From NCBI GenBank assembly GCA_964493715.1, contig CAZBPC010000019.1, forward strand, positions 12,715 through 46,772: a stretch of DNA of 34,058 bases, written 5' to 3'. Positions 1 through 9,428 of the stretch are shown here, piece after piece. The translations under genes were made by a program, and so were the position numbers. This DNA is from an uncultured archaeon. Lineage in GTDB: Archaea > Asgardarchaeota > Lokiarchaeia > Sigyniarchaeales > SOKP01. Below the pieces are notes generated by a model, which saw nothing but the letters and a program-made list of their open reading frames with translations, had not been told where the DNA came from and ran no database searches. Every line of letters starts with the position of its first letter. Position 1 is the stretch's first letter.

Positions 1-102
1 TCAGGAATGATGGAGCATTGTTCTGAACTTGTGGGAAATATTGCTCGTCTCACCATAAAGATTATATTGAATACTGGTTATAAACCTCCTCAGAAGGTGT
101 AA
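1..102 (+). CDS. 3' end of a CDS running in from the left edge (SGMMEHCSELVGNIARLTIKIILNTGYKPPQKV*), possibly a C-GCAxxG-C-C paralog
   Basis: Frame 1 is open from base 1 to TAA at 100-102, 5 nt before the next ATG. The terminal C..V helix resembles the C-terminus of the downstream protein. Confidence 0.55.
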   Translation, partial: SGMMEHCSELVGNIARLTIKIILNTGYKPPQKV

Positions 103-107
103 ATTAA

Positions 108-620
108 ATGGAAAATGAGATAAACAATAAATTTGATGAAAGACTTGAAAAACTGAGGAAAGAACTTCCCGCTATGAGAAAGGGGGTTAATTGTTGTGAA
201 TTAACTCTAACAAACATTTTGGATGTTTTAGGAGTAGACTCATATTTATTTCATAACCTTGCGATGCCATTAGCAGGTGGTTTTGGGGGTTATAAGGCCA
301 AAGATGGATGGCAAGGGGCTTGTGGAGCCGTTACAGGAGCATGTGCCGCAATCGGAGTTATAATGGGTGGTGATAAAAAAATGGACGATGGGCAAATGGT
401 AATAGCATACTTAAAAGCATCTAAATATTGTAGTGACTTTGAAGGAGAATTTCAATCAGTACTTTGCTCTCGTTTATGTGGATATGATTTCAGTACTCCA
501 GAAGGATTTATTCAATATCAAAAAAATAGAGTTTGGGAAAAAACATGCTATAAATTTGTCATTTGGGCAGTAAATCACGTTAGAAAACTCACAAAAAAGG
601 ATTTAAGAAATAACTGGTAA
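108..620 (+). CDS. C-GCAxxG-C-C family putative redox-active protein
   Basis: NCCE, FGG, ACGAVTGA, LCSRL and terminal KTC motifs. Confidence 0.85.
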   Translation: MENEINNKFDERLEKLRKELPAMRKGVNCCELTLTNILDVLGVDSYLFHNLAMPLAGGFGGYKAKDGWQGACGAVTGACAAIGVIMGGDKKMDDGQMVIAYLKASKYCSDFEGEFQSVLCSRLCGYDFSTPEGFIQYQKNRVWEKTCYKFVIWAVNHVRKLTKKDLRNNW

Positions 621-758
621 TATTGTAAAATTTTATTATTAAAGGTCCCTAAATAATATTTAAATTATTATTTCGAAATTAAAAATTTTTAAAGAATAAA
701 TATCTTAATACTATTATTCCGAAATAAATATATCAATTATAACATAAGTGGTAATATT

Positions 759-1004
759 ATGTCAGATGAGACCGAATCACGATTTTGTCCTTACTGTGGA
801 ATTGAATTAAAGCATCCATACTGGAAACATGTTCAAAAAGAGCATCCTCAGAGATATGCACAAAAAGAGACATGGGTGCAACTATACAAGGATTACAAGG
901 CAGCTGGAATGAACGAGGAAATTTCTATTCAAGTAATCTCTGAACTATTTAATGCTACTATGGATGAAATCAAATCTTTCTTAAAAAATGCTAAAGTTTT
1001 ATAA
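759..1004 (+). CDS. Small C2H2-type zinc-finger protein
   Basis: CPYC-x10-H-x4-H motif; GTGGT SD-like sequence upstream; helical C-terminus. Confidence 0.7.
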   Translation: MSDETESRFCPYCGIELKHPYWKHVQKEHPQRYAQKETWVQLYKDYKAAGMNEEISIQVISELFNATMDEIKSFLKNAKVL

Positions 1005-1111
1005 TATATAAAATATCTAATTCTTTTCATTGCTCATTTTTACTAAATTTATATTCACAATTAATTATTGGTGTACTATCTATTAATATAGAATACTAAA
1101 TTGAATACAAT

Positions 1112-1687
1112 ATGAAAGCTTTAATTTTGGTTGGTTGTAAAAAAGACAACGCTGAATCTGCAATGATTTATGAATCCATGATTAAGGAACTTAAGAAATT
1201 AAATTGGGATATAAATTCCATAAATCTTGAAGATATAGAATTAGCATTTTGTACGGGTTGTTTTGGATGTTGGATTCAGACACCTGGTGAGTGTGTCATT
1301 AAGGATTACCAAGAAACAATTGTAAGAGAAATGATTCATAGTGATCTTATAATATATATTACTCCTATTACATTTGGTGGCTATTCATCTATTTTGAAAG
1401 AAACTTTAGATAGACAAATTTCTCGTGTTTTACCATATTTTATGAAAGTAAATGGGGAAGTCCATCATGTTAGAAGATACGAAAAGCAACAATCCTTAAT
1501 AGCAATTGGGATCCTAGATACGCCTGATAATGAGAAAGAAGAAGTATTTAAGACATTAGTAGCACGAAACGCAATTAATATGTGGAGCCCGTATCAGAAA
1601 GCGATTATTTTTACACTTGACCAAGATATATCAGAATTTTGTAATAATTTCAATAAATCATTGGTGGAGGTAGAACAAATTTTATGA
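1112..1687 (+). CDS. Flavodoxin-like iron-sulfur flavoprotein / NADPH-dependent FMN reductase family
   Basis: CTGCFGCWIQTPGECVIKD Cys motif; TPITFGGYSS..K..LDR. Confidence 0.85.
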   Translation: MKALILVGCKKDNAESAMIYESMIKELKKLNWDINSINLEDIELAFCTGCFGCWIQTPGECVIKDYQETIVREMIHSDLIIYITPITFGGYSSILKETLDRQISRVLPYFMKVNGEVHHVRRYEKQQSLIAIGILDTPDNEKEEVFKTLVARNAINMWSPYQKAIIFTLDQDISEFCNNFNKSLVEVEQIL

Positions 1688-2361
1688 GTAAACCTAATAA
1701 AGTTTTGCTGCTCGTAGGAAGTCCGAAAACCTCATCAAGTGCATCATTCTCTCTCGGAAATTTTTTATTACTAAAATTAGAACAAAATGGATTAATAATT
1801 GAGCGGGAGTTTGTGTATAGACTCATTAGAAAAGATGTTGGGCAACAGAAATTATTAATGAAAGTTGATGATGCTGATCTAATTATTCTCTCATTTCCTC
1901 TATATGTTGATTGCTTACCCGCGGGAGTTATAAAAGCATTGGAATTAATAAGGGATCATAGAAAAGCAATGCAAAATTCAAAGAGTCAAGCGTTCGCAGT
2001 AATCATTAACTGCGGTTTTCCAGAGACACAGCATAATTTTGTAGCAGCAAGAATTAGCGAGATATTTGCAAGAGATGTAGGTTTTGATTGGAAAGGAGCC
2101 TTAACGCTTGGGATGGGGGGTGTTATTGGTGGTAGAGCGTTAGAAAAAGCTGGTGGAATGGTGAAAAATTTGATCCTTGGGTTTGATATTGCAGCTACAG
2201 CTTTAGCTAAAGGTGATATAATTCCAGAGGAAGCTATAGAACTGGTAGGAAAAAAAGTAATGCCTTATTCACTTTATACAAAAATGGGTAATTTAGGATG
2301 GATTTTACAAGCTAAAAAGTTTGGAGCTCGAAAAAAAATTAAAGATCGGCCTTATCTATAG
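1684..2361 (+). CDS. Flavodoxin-like NAD(P)H-dependent oxidoreductase
   Basis: LVGSPK, FPLYVDCLP and NCGFPE motifs; ATGA overlap with the upstream gene. Confidence 0.85.
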   Translation: MSKPNKVLLLVGSPKTSSSASFSLGNFLLLKLEQNGLIIEREFVYRLIRKDVGQQKLLMKVDDADLIILSFPLYVDCLPAGVIKALELIRDHRKAMQNSKSQAFAVIINCGFPETQHNFVAARISEIFARDVGFDWKGALTLGMGGVIGGRALEKAGGMVKNLILGFDIAATALAKGDIIPEEAIELVGKKVMPYSLYTKMGNLGWILQAKKFGARKKIKDRPYL

Positions 2362-2421
2362 CTTAAAATGCATAAAAATAAATAAGAGATTTAAAATAAA
2401 TACAAATAATTAAAATTTTAT

Positions 2422-2709
2422 CTAAAAATCATCTTCGTCATCTTCAATTAATCCGGCTGATTTCAGCATGTCTTCAACCGAATCTCTTGCTTTCATGACT
2501 TGTTCATTGTCAGTGAGTTTTAAGTTCTCTAATACTGAATCCGAAAATTCCATGAATTTTTTAATGGATGTGGATGAGAAATCTTTAAGTTTTTCTGCTG
2601 TTTCTTCCATGAATTCACGACCAGATTCTCCAAACGCATTTCCCACGAAATCAAGAAATTTATCGTTTAATGAATCTAGAAAATTCTCCTTTTTTTCTTC
2701 TTCTCCCAT
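2422..2709 (-). CDS. Small acidic helical hypothetical protein
   Basis: ATG-initiated 95-aa ORF with genome-typical E/K/D-rich composition; AT-rich promoter-like region upstream. Confidence 0.7.
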   Translation of the reverse strand: MGEEEKKENFLDSLNDKFLDFVGNAFGESGREFMEETAEKLKDFSSTSIKKFMEFSDSVLENLKLTDNEQVMKARDSVEDMLKSAGLIEDDEDDF

Positions 2710-2793
2710 TATTACTTACAACTTTATATAGTTATTATTTTAAAGTTAATGCTTAACCTAATTATAAGTTTTTCACACTCTTAAGCTTATTTC

Positions 2794-2934
2794 TTATATG
2801 ATTTTCTTGCGTTTCCATCTCTTCAAATCATCAAGAGAGTAACCCAATAAATCAAAATATATTTCCTCATTATTTTCTCTAACTTCCGGACCGATTTTTT
2901 CAATATGCCCTTTACAAGAGGAAAATTTAATCAT
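2794..2934 (-). pseudogene. C-terminal remnant of a family III (CaiB/BaiF) CoA-transferase
   Basis: Hand translation MIKFSSCKGHIEKIGPEVRENNEEIYFDLLGYSLDDLKRWKRKKII* resembles the family C-terminal pattern IKFS...P.LGEHNEEIY.ELLGYS.EEL..L....VI. There is no room for the rest of the gene. Confidence 0.6.
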
Positions 2935-3012
2935 AGAATCTAAAAAAAAAATTTACAAGCCAAGAATAATAAAAGAAAAATAATAAATAATCATTAGAAG
3001 TGAATTCAAGCA

Positions 3013-3960
3013 TCAGGGATATTGAATTGCAAAACTTAAATCATAGAGCTTTTGGTTTGCATCCATTTTTATCTTAGCGTCTTTTATAATTTCAATAAAA
3101 TCGTCTGTAAGTCTCCTCATTTCTTGCTTTGCAGCATTCGCGTGTCCTGATAAAGCGATTCTCCCAAATTCAGAATTTATGAGATTTAAAATCTTTTTCC
3201 TTATAATAGGTGTAGGGATCCAAGACAGAGTCTTAAATTTCTTTGGTAGAATCGTGATATTTAAATCTTTTAGTGCTTTAATGCTTTCTCTAAATCCTTT
3301 TTTTGCCAAATTAATGAGTTCTGTATCTTTTCCGAGTGATGTATCTCGATTTTTCGCTGCATAACCCCCCATGGCTAATGGAGCGATTAAAGCCATATGT
3401 GTTTTCAGCCACGAATCGATATCTGCACTCAAATCAACCTTGAATCCTGCTCTTGTAAATTCCTTCTCGATAGTTATTAAACGCTCAGTAATGGCACCAT
3501 CAAGTTCTCCTACATATAATATGGCATTTTCTACATATGCAGCAATAATTTTGAAATCTTCCCTGTATCCCCCAGGACCACCGAATCCAAGAAGAATTCT
3601 ATCTTTTTCTATGAAATTTAAGTATTCTTTAGCTCCACTCGGATTATTTCCCGTGAAGATTATGGTAGGACTGATATTCTCATTTAGTATGGATAAAATC
3701 TGGCTAACTTGTTGTCGTTGCATGATCACTAAGATTATGTCGTAATAATCATCTTTTTCTAGTTTGTCTACAATGTTAATATCTGTTTTATATTCTTTAT
3801 CAAAAATACCATCTTGAATGACAAGACCGTGTTGTTTTAAATCTGTTAACCGTTTTCCTCTCGCAAGGATAGAAGTGTCTATTCCACCACTCTTTAAAGT
3901 GTAAGCGAAAATGCTCCCAATAACTCCCGCTCCATATACTAAAACTTTAATAATCTTCAC
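3013..3960 (-). CDS. Ketopantoate reductase (PanE/ApbA) family protein
   Basis: VYGAGVIG Rossmann motif, ARGKR, WLKTH. Confidence 0.8.
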   Translation of the reverse strand: MKIIKVLVYGAGVIGSIFAYTLKSGGIDTSILARGKRLTDLKQHGLVIQDGIFDKEYKTDINIVDKLEKDDYYDIILVIMQRQQVSQILSILNENISPTIIFTGNNPSGAKEYLNFIEKDRILLGFGGPGGYREDFKIIAAYVENAILYVGELDGAITERLITIEKEFTRAGFKVDLSADIDSWLKTHMALIAPLAMGGYAAKNRDTSLGKDTELINLAKKGFRESIKALKDLNITILPKKFKTLSWIPTPIIRKKILNLINSEFGRIALSGHANAAKQEMRRLTDDFIEIIKDAKIKMDANQKLYDLSFAIQYP

Positions 3961-4063
3961 CTTGAATGAAGGTTTTATTCAAATTATTAATATCAAAGAA
4001 TATATTTAAATTTAGGTGAACCTAAAAATCCTTAAAAATTAGTTGATAGTAAAGCTCATTATA

Positions 4064-4954
4064 CTATTTTGAGTTAGGATTTTCTCCCATACAGGGTACA
4101 TCAAATTGACAAAAAGCACAACCGACAGGTGGCTGCCTTTTTCTTAAAACTCCATTAAAACGGGTCCATTTTGGTTGAATATATGGTTTTAACCTTTCTC
4201 TTACACTCTCTCTTATATAACGCCCATACTCTGCACATTTAAACTTATCATGTCCTTCTTCAGTAATAGCGTTTGCAGGACATCTTTCAATACATTTTTT
4301 ACAAGTTCCTTTCGAATAAAAAAGACAATTTCCATATGGCTCATTACTAACTCTTTTAGTTATTATCATGGGAGCATTTGTAAGGACAGATGTTATTCGC
4401 ACGTTGCAACCAACTTCGGTGATTAATCCCTCATGAAGACTAAATGTTCCAAGACCTGCTGCAAACGCAATATGTCTTTCTGACCAGTTAGAATATATTT
4501 TTCGCCCTGTTTTAACATTAAATGTATCGCTAAGCATTCCAGAGGTGGCTATAAATCCATTTTTATGAAAAAATTTTATGACTTCCTTTAATACTACATC
4601 CATGAACCTATCTGCTTGATTTCGTCCAATGCAGTATTCATCAGCTGGGATCTTATCGGCATTTTTACTCGCTTCACGAATACTATTGCTGTATGGAAAT
4701 ATTATTGATACAATTCTAATATTCTCTGCTTTCCCTGTAAATCCATTAGCTTCCCACATCTCCAATGGAGTAAGATGCTTTAATCCCACAACCTCTTTAA
4801 ATTTATGAAATATTGCGTCATCTCCATTTGAAGCACCAAAAATTGGATCTGAAAAAATATTTTCACTTCCATAATCGATTGGTAATCTATTGAGCTCGTG
4901 AGTATTAAAAATCTCAATTAGTAAGTTTCTGAGCTGAAATTCAATCTCACTCAT
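4064..4954 (-). CDS. Epoxyqueuosine reductase-like (QueG/RdhA superfamily) 4Fe-4S protein
   Basis: WSERHIAFAAGLGTF; C..C...CP and C..CQ..VPC cluster motifs. Confidence 0.8.
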   Translation of the reverse strand: MSEIEFQLRNLLIEIFNTHELNRLPIDYGSENIFSDPIFGASNGDDAIFHKFKEVVGLKHLTPLEMWEANGFTGKAENIRIVSIIFPYSNSIREASKNADKIPADEYCIGRNQADRFMDVVLKEVIKFFHKNGFIATSGMLSDTFNVKTGRKIYSNWSERHIAFAAGLGTFSLHEGLITEVGCNVRITSVLTNAPMIITKRVSNEPYGNCLFYSKGTCKKCIERCPANAITEEGHDKFKCAEYGRYIRESVRERLKPYIQPKWTRFNGVLRKRQPPVGCAFCQFDVPCMGENPNSK

Positions 4955-5045
4955 GTGTTATCCCGCACAATAAAGGACTAATAATTGTAAATTAAGCCTT
5001 TAGATTTTAAAATGATCACATGTTTTAAAATATAAGTGAAAACAT

Positions 5046-6527
5046 ATGAGTAAAAATCACTTCCTTCACGGGTTTTTAAATCCTTCTTCGATTGCTTTTT
5101 TTGGTGCCAACAACAAGGGAGGCTCTTTAGCTTCAATCCAAATAATGAATTTGATTAAATCGAATTATAGTGGAAATATTTATCCAATTCATTTGGAAAT
5201 GGATTCGGTAATGGGATATAAAGCATATAAATCAATTGCAGATCTTCCAGAAATCCCAGATCTGGTAGTAGTTGTGCTCCCTGCCAAGATTGTCCCTCAT
5301 ATTTTTCAGGAAATTGGTGAAAAAGGCATAAAAAAAATAATTTTAATCTCTGGAGGATTTCGAGAATTAATCGATGATCGGGAAAATAGTTTAACCGAAG
5401 AAATTTGTAAGATTGCCAACCAATATGACATGAGATTTATTGGACCAAATTGCTTAGGAGTGTTTAATAATTTTTTCGAACCAGAAAAAGAAAACTCTGC
5501 TTTTAACATAGCTATATGGGAACATATTCGGAAAGGAAACTTTTCCATTGCTTCACAGTCGGGAACCTTAAGTTCTCATATTTGGTTTGCTCCAGATGAT
5601 GCAGACTTAGGATTATGCAAAAGTCTCTCAATTGGCAACGAGGCTAATATCGACATTGTTGATTGCTTAGAATATTATAAGGATGACTCTGAAACTAAAG
5701 TTATAGGTTTATATATTGAGGAGTTAAAAAGAGGTAAGAAATTTTTAGAGATATGTAAACAAGTAACTCCTATAAAGCCAATTATAGGAATATATGTAGG
5801 TGGATCTCAAGCAGGTAATCGAGCATTGCAAAGTCATACTGGTTCACTTGCAGGAGATTCAAAGATATATAGATCTGTTTTTAAGGAAGCTGGAATAATA
5901 AAAACGGATTATGTTCAAGAATTTTTAGATATAGCACTAATTTTATCAAAAGAAATTTTACCAAAAGGGAATCGTCTAGGAATTATAACTAATTCTGGAG
6001 GTCCTGGTGCCATGGTTGCAAACAATGCTGAGCAACATGGACTTGTAGTTCCTGAACTTTCAAAGAATTTACAAGATGAACTTAAAAACATATTACCCTC
6101 AACAGCAAGTTATAGAAATCCCATTGATTGTACCTTTGATATGAATTTACCTTATTTCTATATTACATTACCAGAAATACTAATGAAATCTGGAGAAATT
6201 GATGCGATAATTCAATATGGTGTTGTTGGATTTCAAGATGTTATGGACGATTATTTGCAAAATGAGGAAATTGCCAAATATGCGGATTTTTCCACTAATT
6301 CTGATGAGGAACAAGATAAAATAGCAAAAAAATTGCTCCAACCAACTTTAAATAATTCCAAAAAATATTCGATTCCAATTCTGTACGTGAGCCCAATGAA
6401 ATTTGACAGTCCGTGGTCTAAGCGTATACGAAATAACGGAGCTATACTTTTTAAATTTTGGGATCGCCCGGTAAATGCCTTAGCTAAGGTATGTGAATAC
6501 GTGAATTTTAAACTAAATAGAAATTAA
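5046..6527 (+). CDS. acdA: ADP-forming acyl/acetate-CoA ligase, alpha subunit
   Basis: CoA-binding domain, GPNCLG, SQSG, GNEA, catalytic SHTGSLAG, TNSGGPG, NPID. Confidence 0.9.
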   Translation: MSKNHFLHGFLNPSSIAFFGANNKGGSLASIQIMNLIKSNYSGNIYPIHLEMDSVMGYKAYKSIADLPEIPDLVVVVLPAKIVPHIFQEIGEKGIKKIILISGGFRELIDDRENSLTEEICKIANQYDMRFIGPNCLGVFNNFFEPEKENSAFNIAIWEHIRKGNFSIASQSGTLSSHIWFAPDDADLGLCKSLSIGNEANIDIVDCLEYYKDDSETKVIGLYIEELKRGKKFLEICKQVTPIKPIIGIYVGGSQAGNRALQSHTGSLAGDSKIYRSVFKEAGIIKTDYVQEFLDIALILSKEILPKGNRLGIITNSGGPGAMVANNAEQHGLVVPELSKNLQDELKNILPSTASYRNPIDCTFDMNLPYFYITLPEILMKSGEIDAIIQYGVVGFQDVMDDYLQNEEIAKYADFSTNSDEEQDKIAKKLLQPTLNNSKKYSIPILYVSPMKFDSPWSKRIRNNGAILFKFWDRPVNALAKVCEYVNFKLNRN

Positions 6528-6555
6528 AACTGATATTTTATCTTAAATATACTTA

Positions 6556-7392
6556 CTAATCCTCTTTTCTGTTTTCCATTATCCATTTTACAGCAAAATC
6601 AACCATTTCTCGTTGAGATAATAATCTAGCTTTAGCTTGTCCTACCTTTTGGGGTTGATAATTTATCGATTGTTCATAATCACTCCCAAGATCATTAAAA
6701 TCATCACTAATATTATCCAATTCATTCCAAGTTACCCAAGTTCTCTTTTTTTTTACATAAATTGCTGAACTGATAGCAATATATTTTTTTCCAGGATAAT
6801 CACATAAGTATTCTGCAAGATGTAATGAACTGTTAATTAAGTGTGGAACTCCTAATAATAAAATTTGACCGTATAATTTATAGATTTTTCCCAAAGGGGA
6901 ATCCATCCCAAGATCATTTTCTAACGGATGATTTTTAACTATTTTATTTGCATGTTTACCCCATGCTGCAAATGAAGTTGTTGGATGATTACTCCGAATA
7001 ACATTTGGGTATTTTCTAAACGTTTCTGAAATGGTCCCCATACCTCTTGTGGGGGCTTTATCTGGGTGGAATGCTGGGATATATTTTCGAATAGATGACC
7101 ACCATTCCTCTGGAACTGGAGGATAATTCCATCCTGATGGTTCCGTATTTCCTGAAGTAAAGGTAGGCATTATAAGGGTACCTTTTGGAGTAATTACATC
7201 CATTAAAGCATCAATTATGGCAACTGGACCTCCAACAGTCCATCCCAATTTGCTTAATGAACTGTGAACAATGAGTACAGCTCCTTCTTTTAATCCCATG
7301 GACTCAAAATCTTTTTTGAGTGAATCCAGAGTATTTGGTTTTATAGTATTTTTAACCGTATCAAATTCCTTATCAATATAACTCAATTTCAA
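6556..7392 (-). CDS. Aminoglycoside N(3)-acetyltransferase family protein (YokD-like)
   Basis: VHSSLS.LG...GG, GTLIMPTF, RSNHP..SFAAWG, SSLHLAE. Confidence 0.88.
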   Translation of the reverse strand: MKLSYIDKEFDTVKNTIKPNTLDSLKKDFESMGLKEGAVLIVHSSLSKLGWTVGGPVAIIDALMDVITPKGTLIMPTFTSGNTEPSGWNYPPVPEEWWSSIRKYIPAFHPDKAPTRGMGTISETFRKYPNVIRSNHPTTSFAAWGKHANKIVKNHPLENDLGMDSPLGKIYKLYGQILLLGVPHLINSSLHLAEYLCDYPGKKYIAISSAIYVKKKRTWVTWNELDNISDDFNDLGSDYEQSINYQPQKVGQAKARLLSQREMVDFAVKWIMENRKED

Positions 7393-7503
7393 TTCCCTTG
7401 GTAATCAATATGATATAAGAAATAATCCATAAACAAATATTAAGTTTCAATAAATATTCCACATTAATATCAAATTACTAACGAAATAAAATAACTGAAA
7501 AAC

Positions 7504-8271
7504 ATGAATGATTATAAATTCTGGATAACCAAACTTGAAGATAAGATTTTTTGGCTTTATCTAAATAATCCTAATAAGAAAAATGCTTTTGATCCTGATG
7601 TTGTTAGAGAATTAGATCAAATTTTAGAGGAAGATATTGGAAAAAACTTGGATAAAATTCGTGTTTTAGTATTTACCACTGCACTGGAAGATATCTTTAC
7701 TGTTGGGCTTGATATAAATTGGTTAGTGGCTCTAGATGAGTCTAAAGCAAAAGATATGACCAGAAATTTGCAGAATATTTTTAGTAAATTTGAAACCCTT
7801 TCGATCCCCGTAATTGCTTCAATAAGGGGTTTGAATCTTACTGCGGGATTTGAATTAATGTTATGTGCAGATCTCATAATTGCTGCTGATAACGCAAAAT
7901 TCGGGCAAGTCGAAACTAAATGGGGACTGACTCCCGCTGCGGGAGCAACTCAAAGATTAACACGTTTGATTGGGCCTTTAAAAGCTAGAGAATTGATATA
8001 TACCTCAAAGGTCATTGATGCTCAAGAAGCTTTAAAAATTGGCTTGATCAATGAAGTTGTACCTTTAGCAGAACTTGATGATAGAGTTAAAGCAATATCG
8101 GGGTTAATAATTCAAAATTCTGGTAAAGCCATTGGTTTAAGTAAGCATTTAATTCAGTTGGGAACTTACAATAACGTAAAAGGATTCCAATCGGAAGGAG
8201 AAGCTTTTCAAGAACGTTTTAGCTCTGGAGAACCAAAAAACAAATTAAAATCTTTCTTAAATAGAAAATAA
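7504..8271 (+). CDS. Enoyl-CoA hydratase/isomerase (crotonase family)
   Basis: FTVGLD, GFEL.LCADL, FGQVE..WGLTPAAGATQRL.RLIG. Confidence 0.88.
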   Translation: MNDYKFWITKLEDKIFWLYLNNPNKKNAFDPDVVRELDQILEEDIGKNLDKIRVLVFTTALEDIFTVGLDINWLVALDESKAKDMTRNLQNIFSKFETLSIPVIASIRGLNLTAGFELMLCADLIIAADNAKFGQVETKWGLTPAAGATQRLTRLIGPLKARELIYTSKVIDAQEALKIGLINEVVPLAELDDRVKAISGLIIQNSGKAIGLSKHLIQLGTYNNVKGFQSEGEAFQERFSSGEPKNKLKSFLNRK

Positions 8272-8293
8272 TTCTTAAGGAGTATCCTCACAG

Positions 8294-9301
8294 CTAAAAT
8301 GAAGATATTAAATTATTTTTTGCTAATAATTCTTCTCTTCTACGGCGGTAATACATGATGGGATTATCACCTTGAATTAGCTTTTCTCCCATTTTTAATT
8401 GAGTTTTGATTGGTTGTTGCGTTAGAACGACATCTCTATCTTGATGTAGGATGACTTTATTAAATTTATTAGCTAACCAATTAACAAATGATTTTAAAAC
8501 GGGGATTCTTAGAAATTTTTGATAAAATCTCATGTAAAATTTTGTGTGAGTTTCATCTACAGGAACAAACGCTATAAATATTCGGACTTTTTCCCCGAGA
8601 TAATTCTGCCATATATGTGGAAATTTAAACTGAAGGTGAAAAACTTTCATTTCATCAGTAAATTCTTCAGGTTTCAAAGGATCAGTCTTTCCATTATCTT
8701 TTTGATTATAGACCCAGAAGGTGAACTCATTTCCATCTTCAGAAGGCTCAACTAATGGTCCATTGACAAGCGTTTGATAACCTCGCCCAATCGTGTTATG
8801 ATGAACATATGGTAAATGAACAACATCCAGTTGATTCTCTATTGCCCGAGAATAGTGAACTGGCCATATTTCGGTATGTGTTTTATATGAGAATTTTTTA
8901 TCAATATCTTGGAAAAACGGAACTGGAGGATATTCTGGTTGAGTGTCTCCCCACCACATCCATATAAAATCATGATTTTCTCTGGTAGGATAAGCTATAA
9001 CTTTAAAGCGCTCTGGTACGGGAGTATTTTTTCCATTTGCAGGTATTATTGTACATTTTCCCGTCTCATCATATCTTAAACCATGGAAGGGGCATTCTAC
9101 TTCGTCTCCGTTGTTGCAAATTTTTCCAATACTTAATGCTGCACCACGATGAGCACACATGTCTTTTAAACAAATGATATCTCCATTTTTCTTACGCCAG
9201 AAAACCAATTTTTCTCCAAGTCTTGTAACCCCAATTAATTCGCTTTTTGGGACCTCTTTAGATTCCAATACTGCATACCATTGATTCCTAATCATAGACA
9301 A
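8294..9301 (-). CDS. Rieske non-heme iron oxygenase alpha subunit (VanA/PaO-like)
   Basis: Rieske ligands CAHRG...CPFHG; mononuclear Fe motif ENQLDVVHLPYVH; C-terminal QD. Confidence 0.88.
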   Translation of the reverse strand: MSMIRNQWYAVLESKEVPKSELIGVTRLGEKLVFWRKKNGDIICLKDMCAHRGAALSIGKICNNGDEVECPFHGLRYDETGKCTIIPANGKNTPVPERFKVIAYPTRENHDFIWMWWGDTQPEYPPVPFFQDIDKKFSYKTHTEIWPVHYSRAIENQLDVVHLPYVHHNTIGRGYQTLVNGPLVEPSEDGNEFTFWVYNQKDNGKTDPLKPEEFTDEMKVFHLQFKFPHIWQNYLGEKVRIFIAFVPVDETHTKFYMRFYQKFLRIPVLKSFVNWLANKFNKVILHQDRDVVLTQQPIKTQLKMGEKLIQGDNPIMYYRRRREELLAKNNLISSF

Positions 9302-9428
9302 TCGATAGTTAAAATTTATATGAATTTAAGATTTTGCGCTTAATATTTTATAAATTCATTCATTTAACTATTCAATACGCAATTAGTAGAAATAATATGA
9401 ATAGATAATAAATAAAGAGGAGTTAATC

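Noticed and set aside
6556-7392. Acquired aminoglycoside-resistance cassette
   Set aside because: YokD-like members are common chromosomal genes. Composition is host-like and there are no mobile-element signs.
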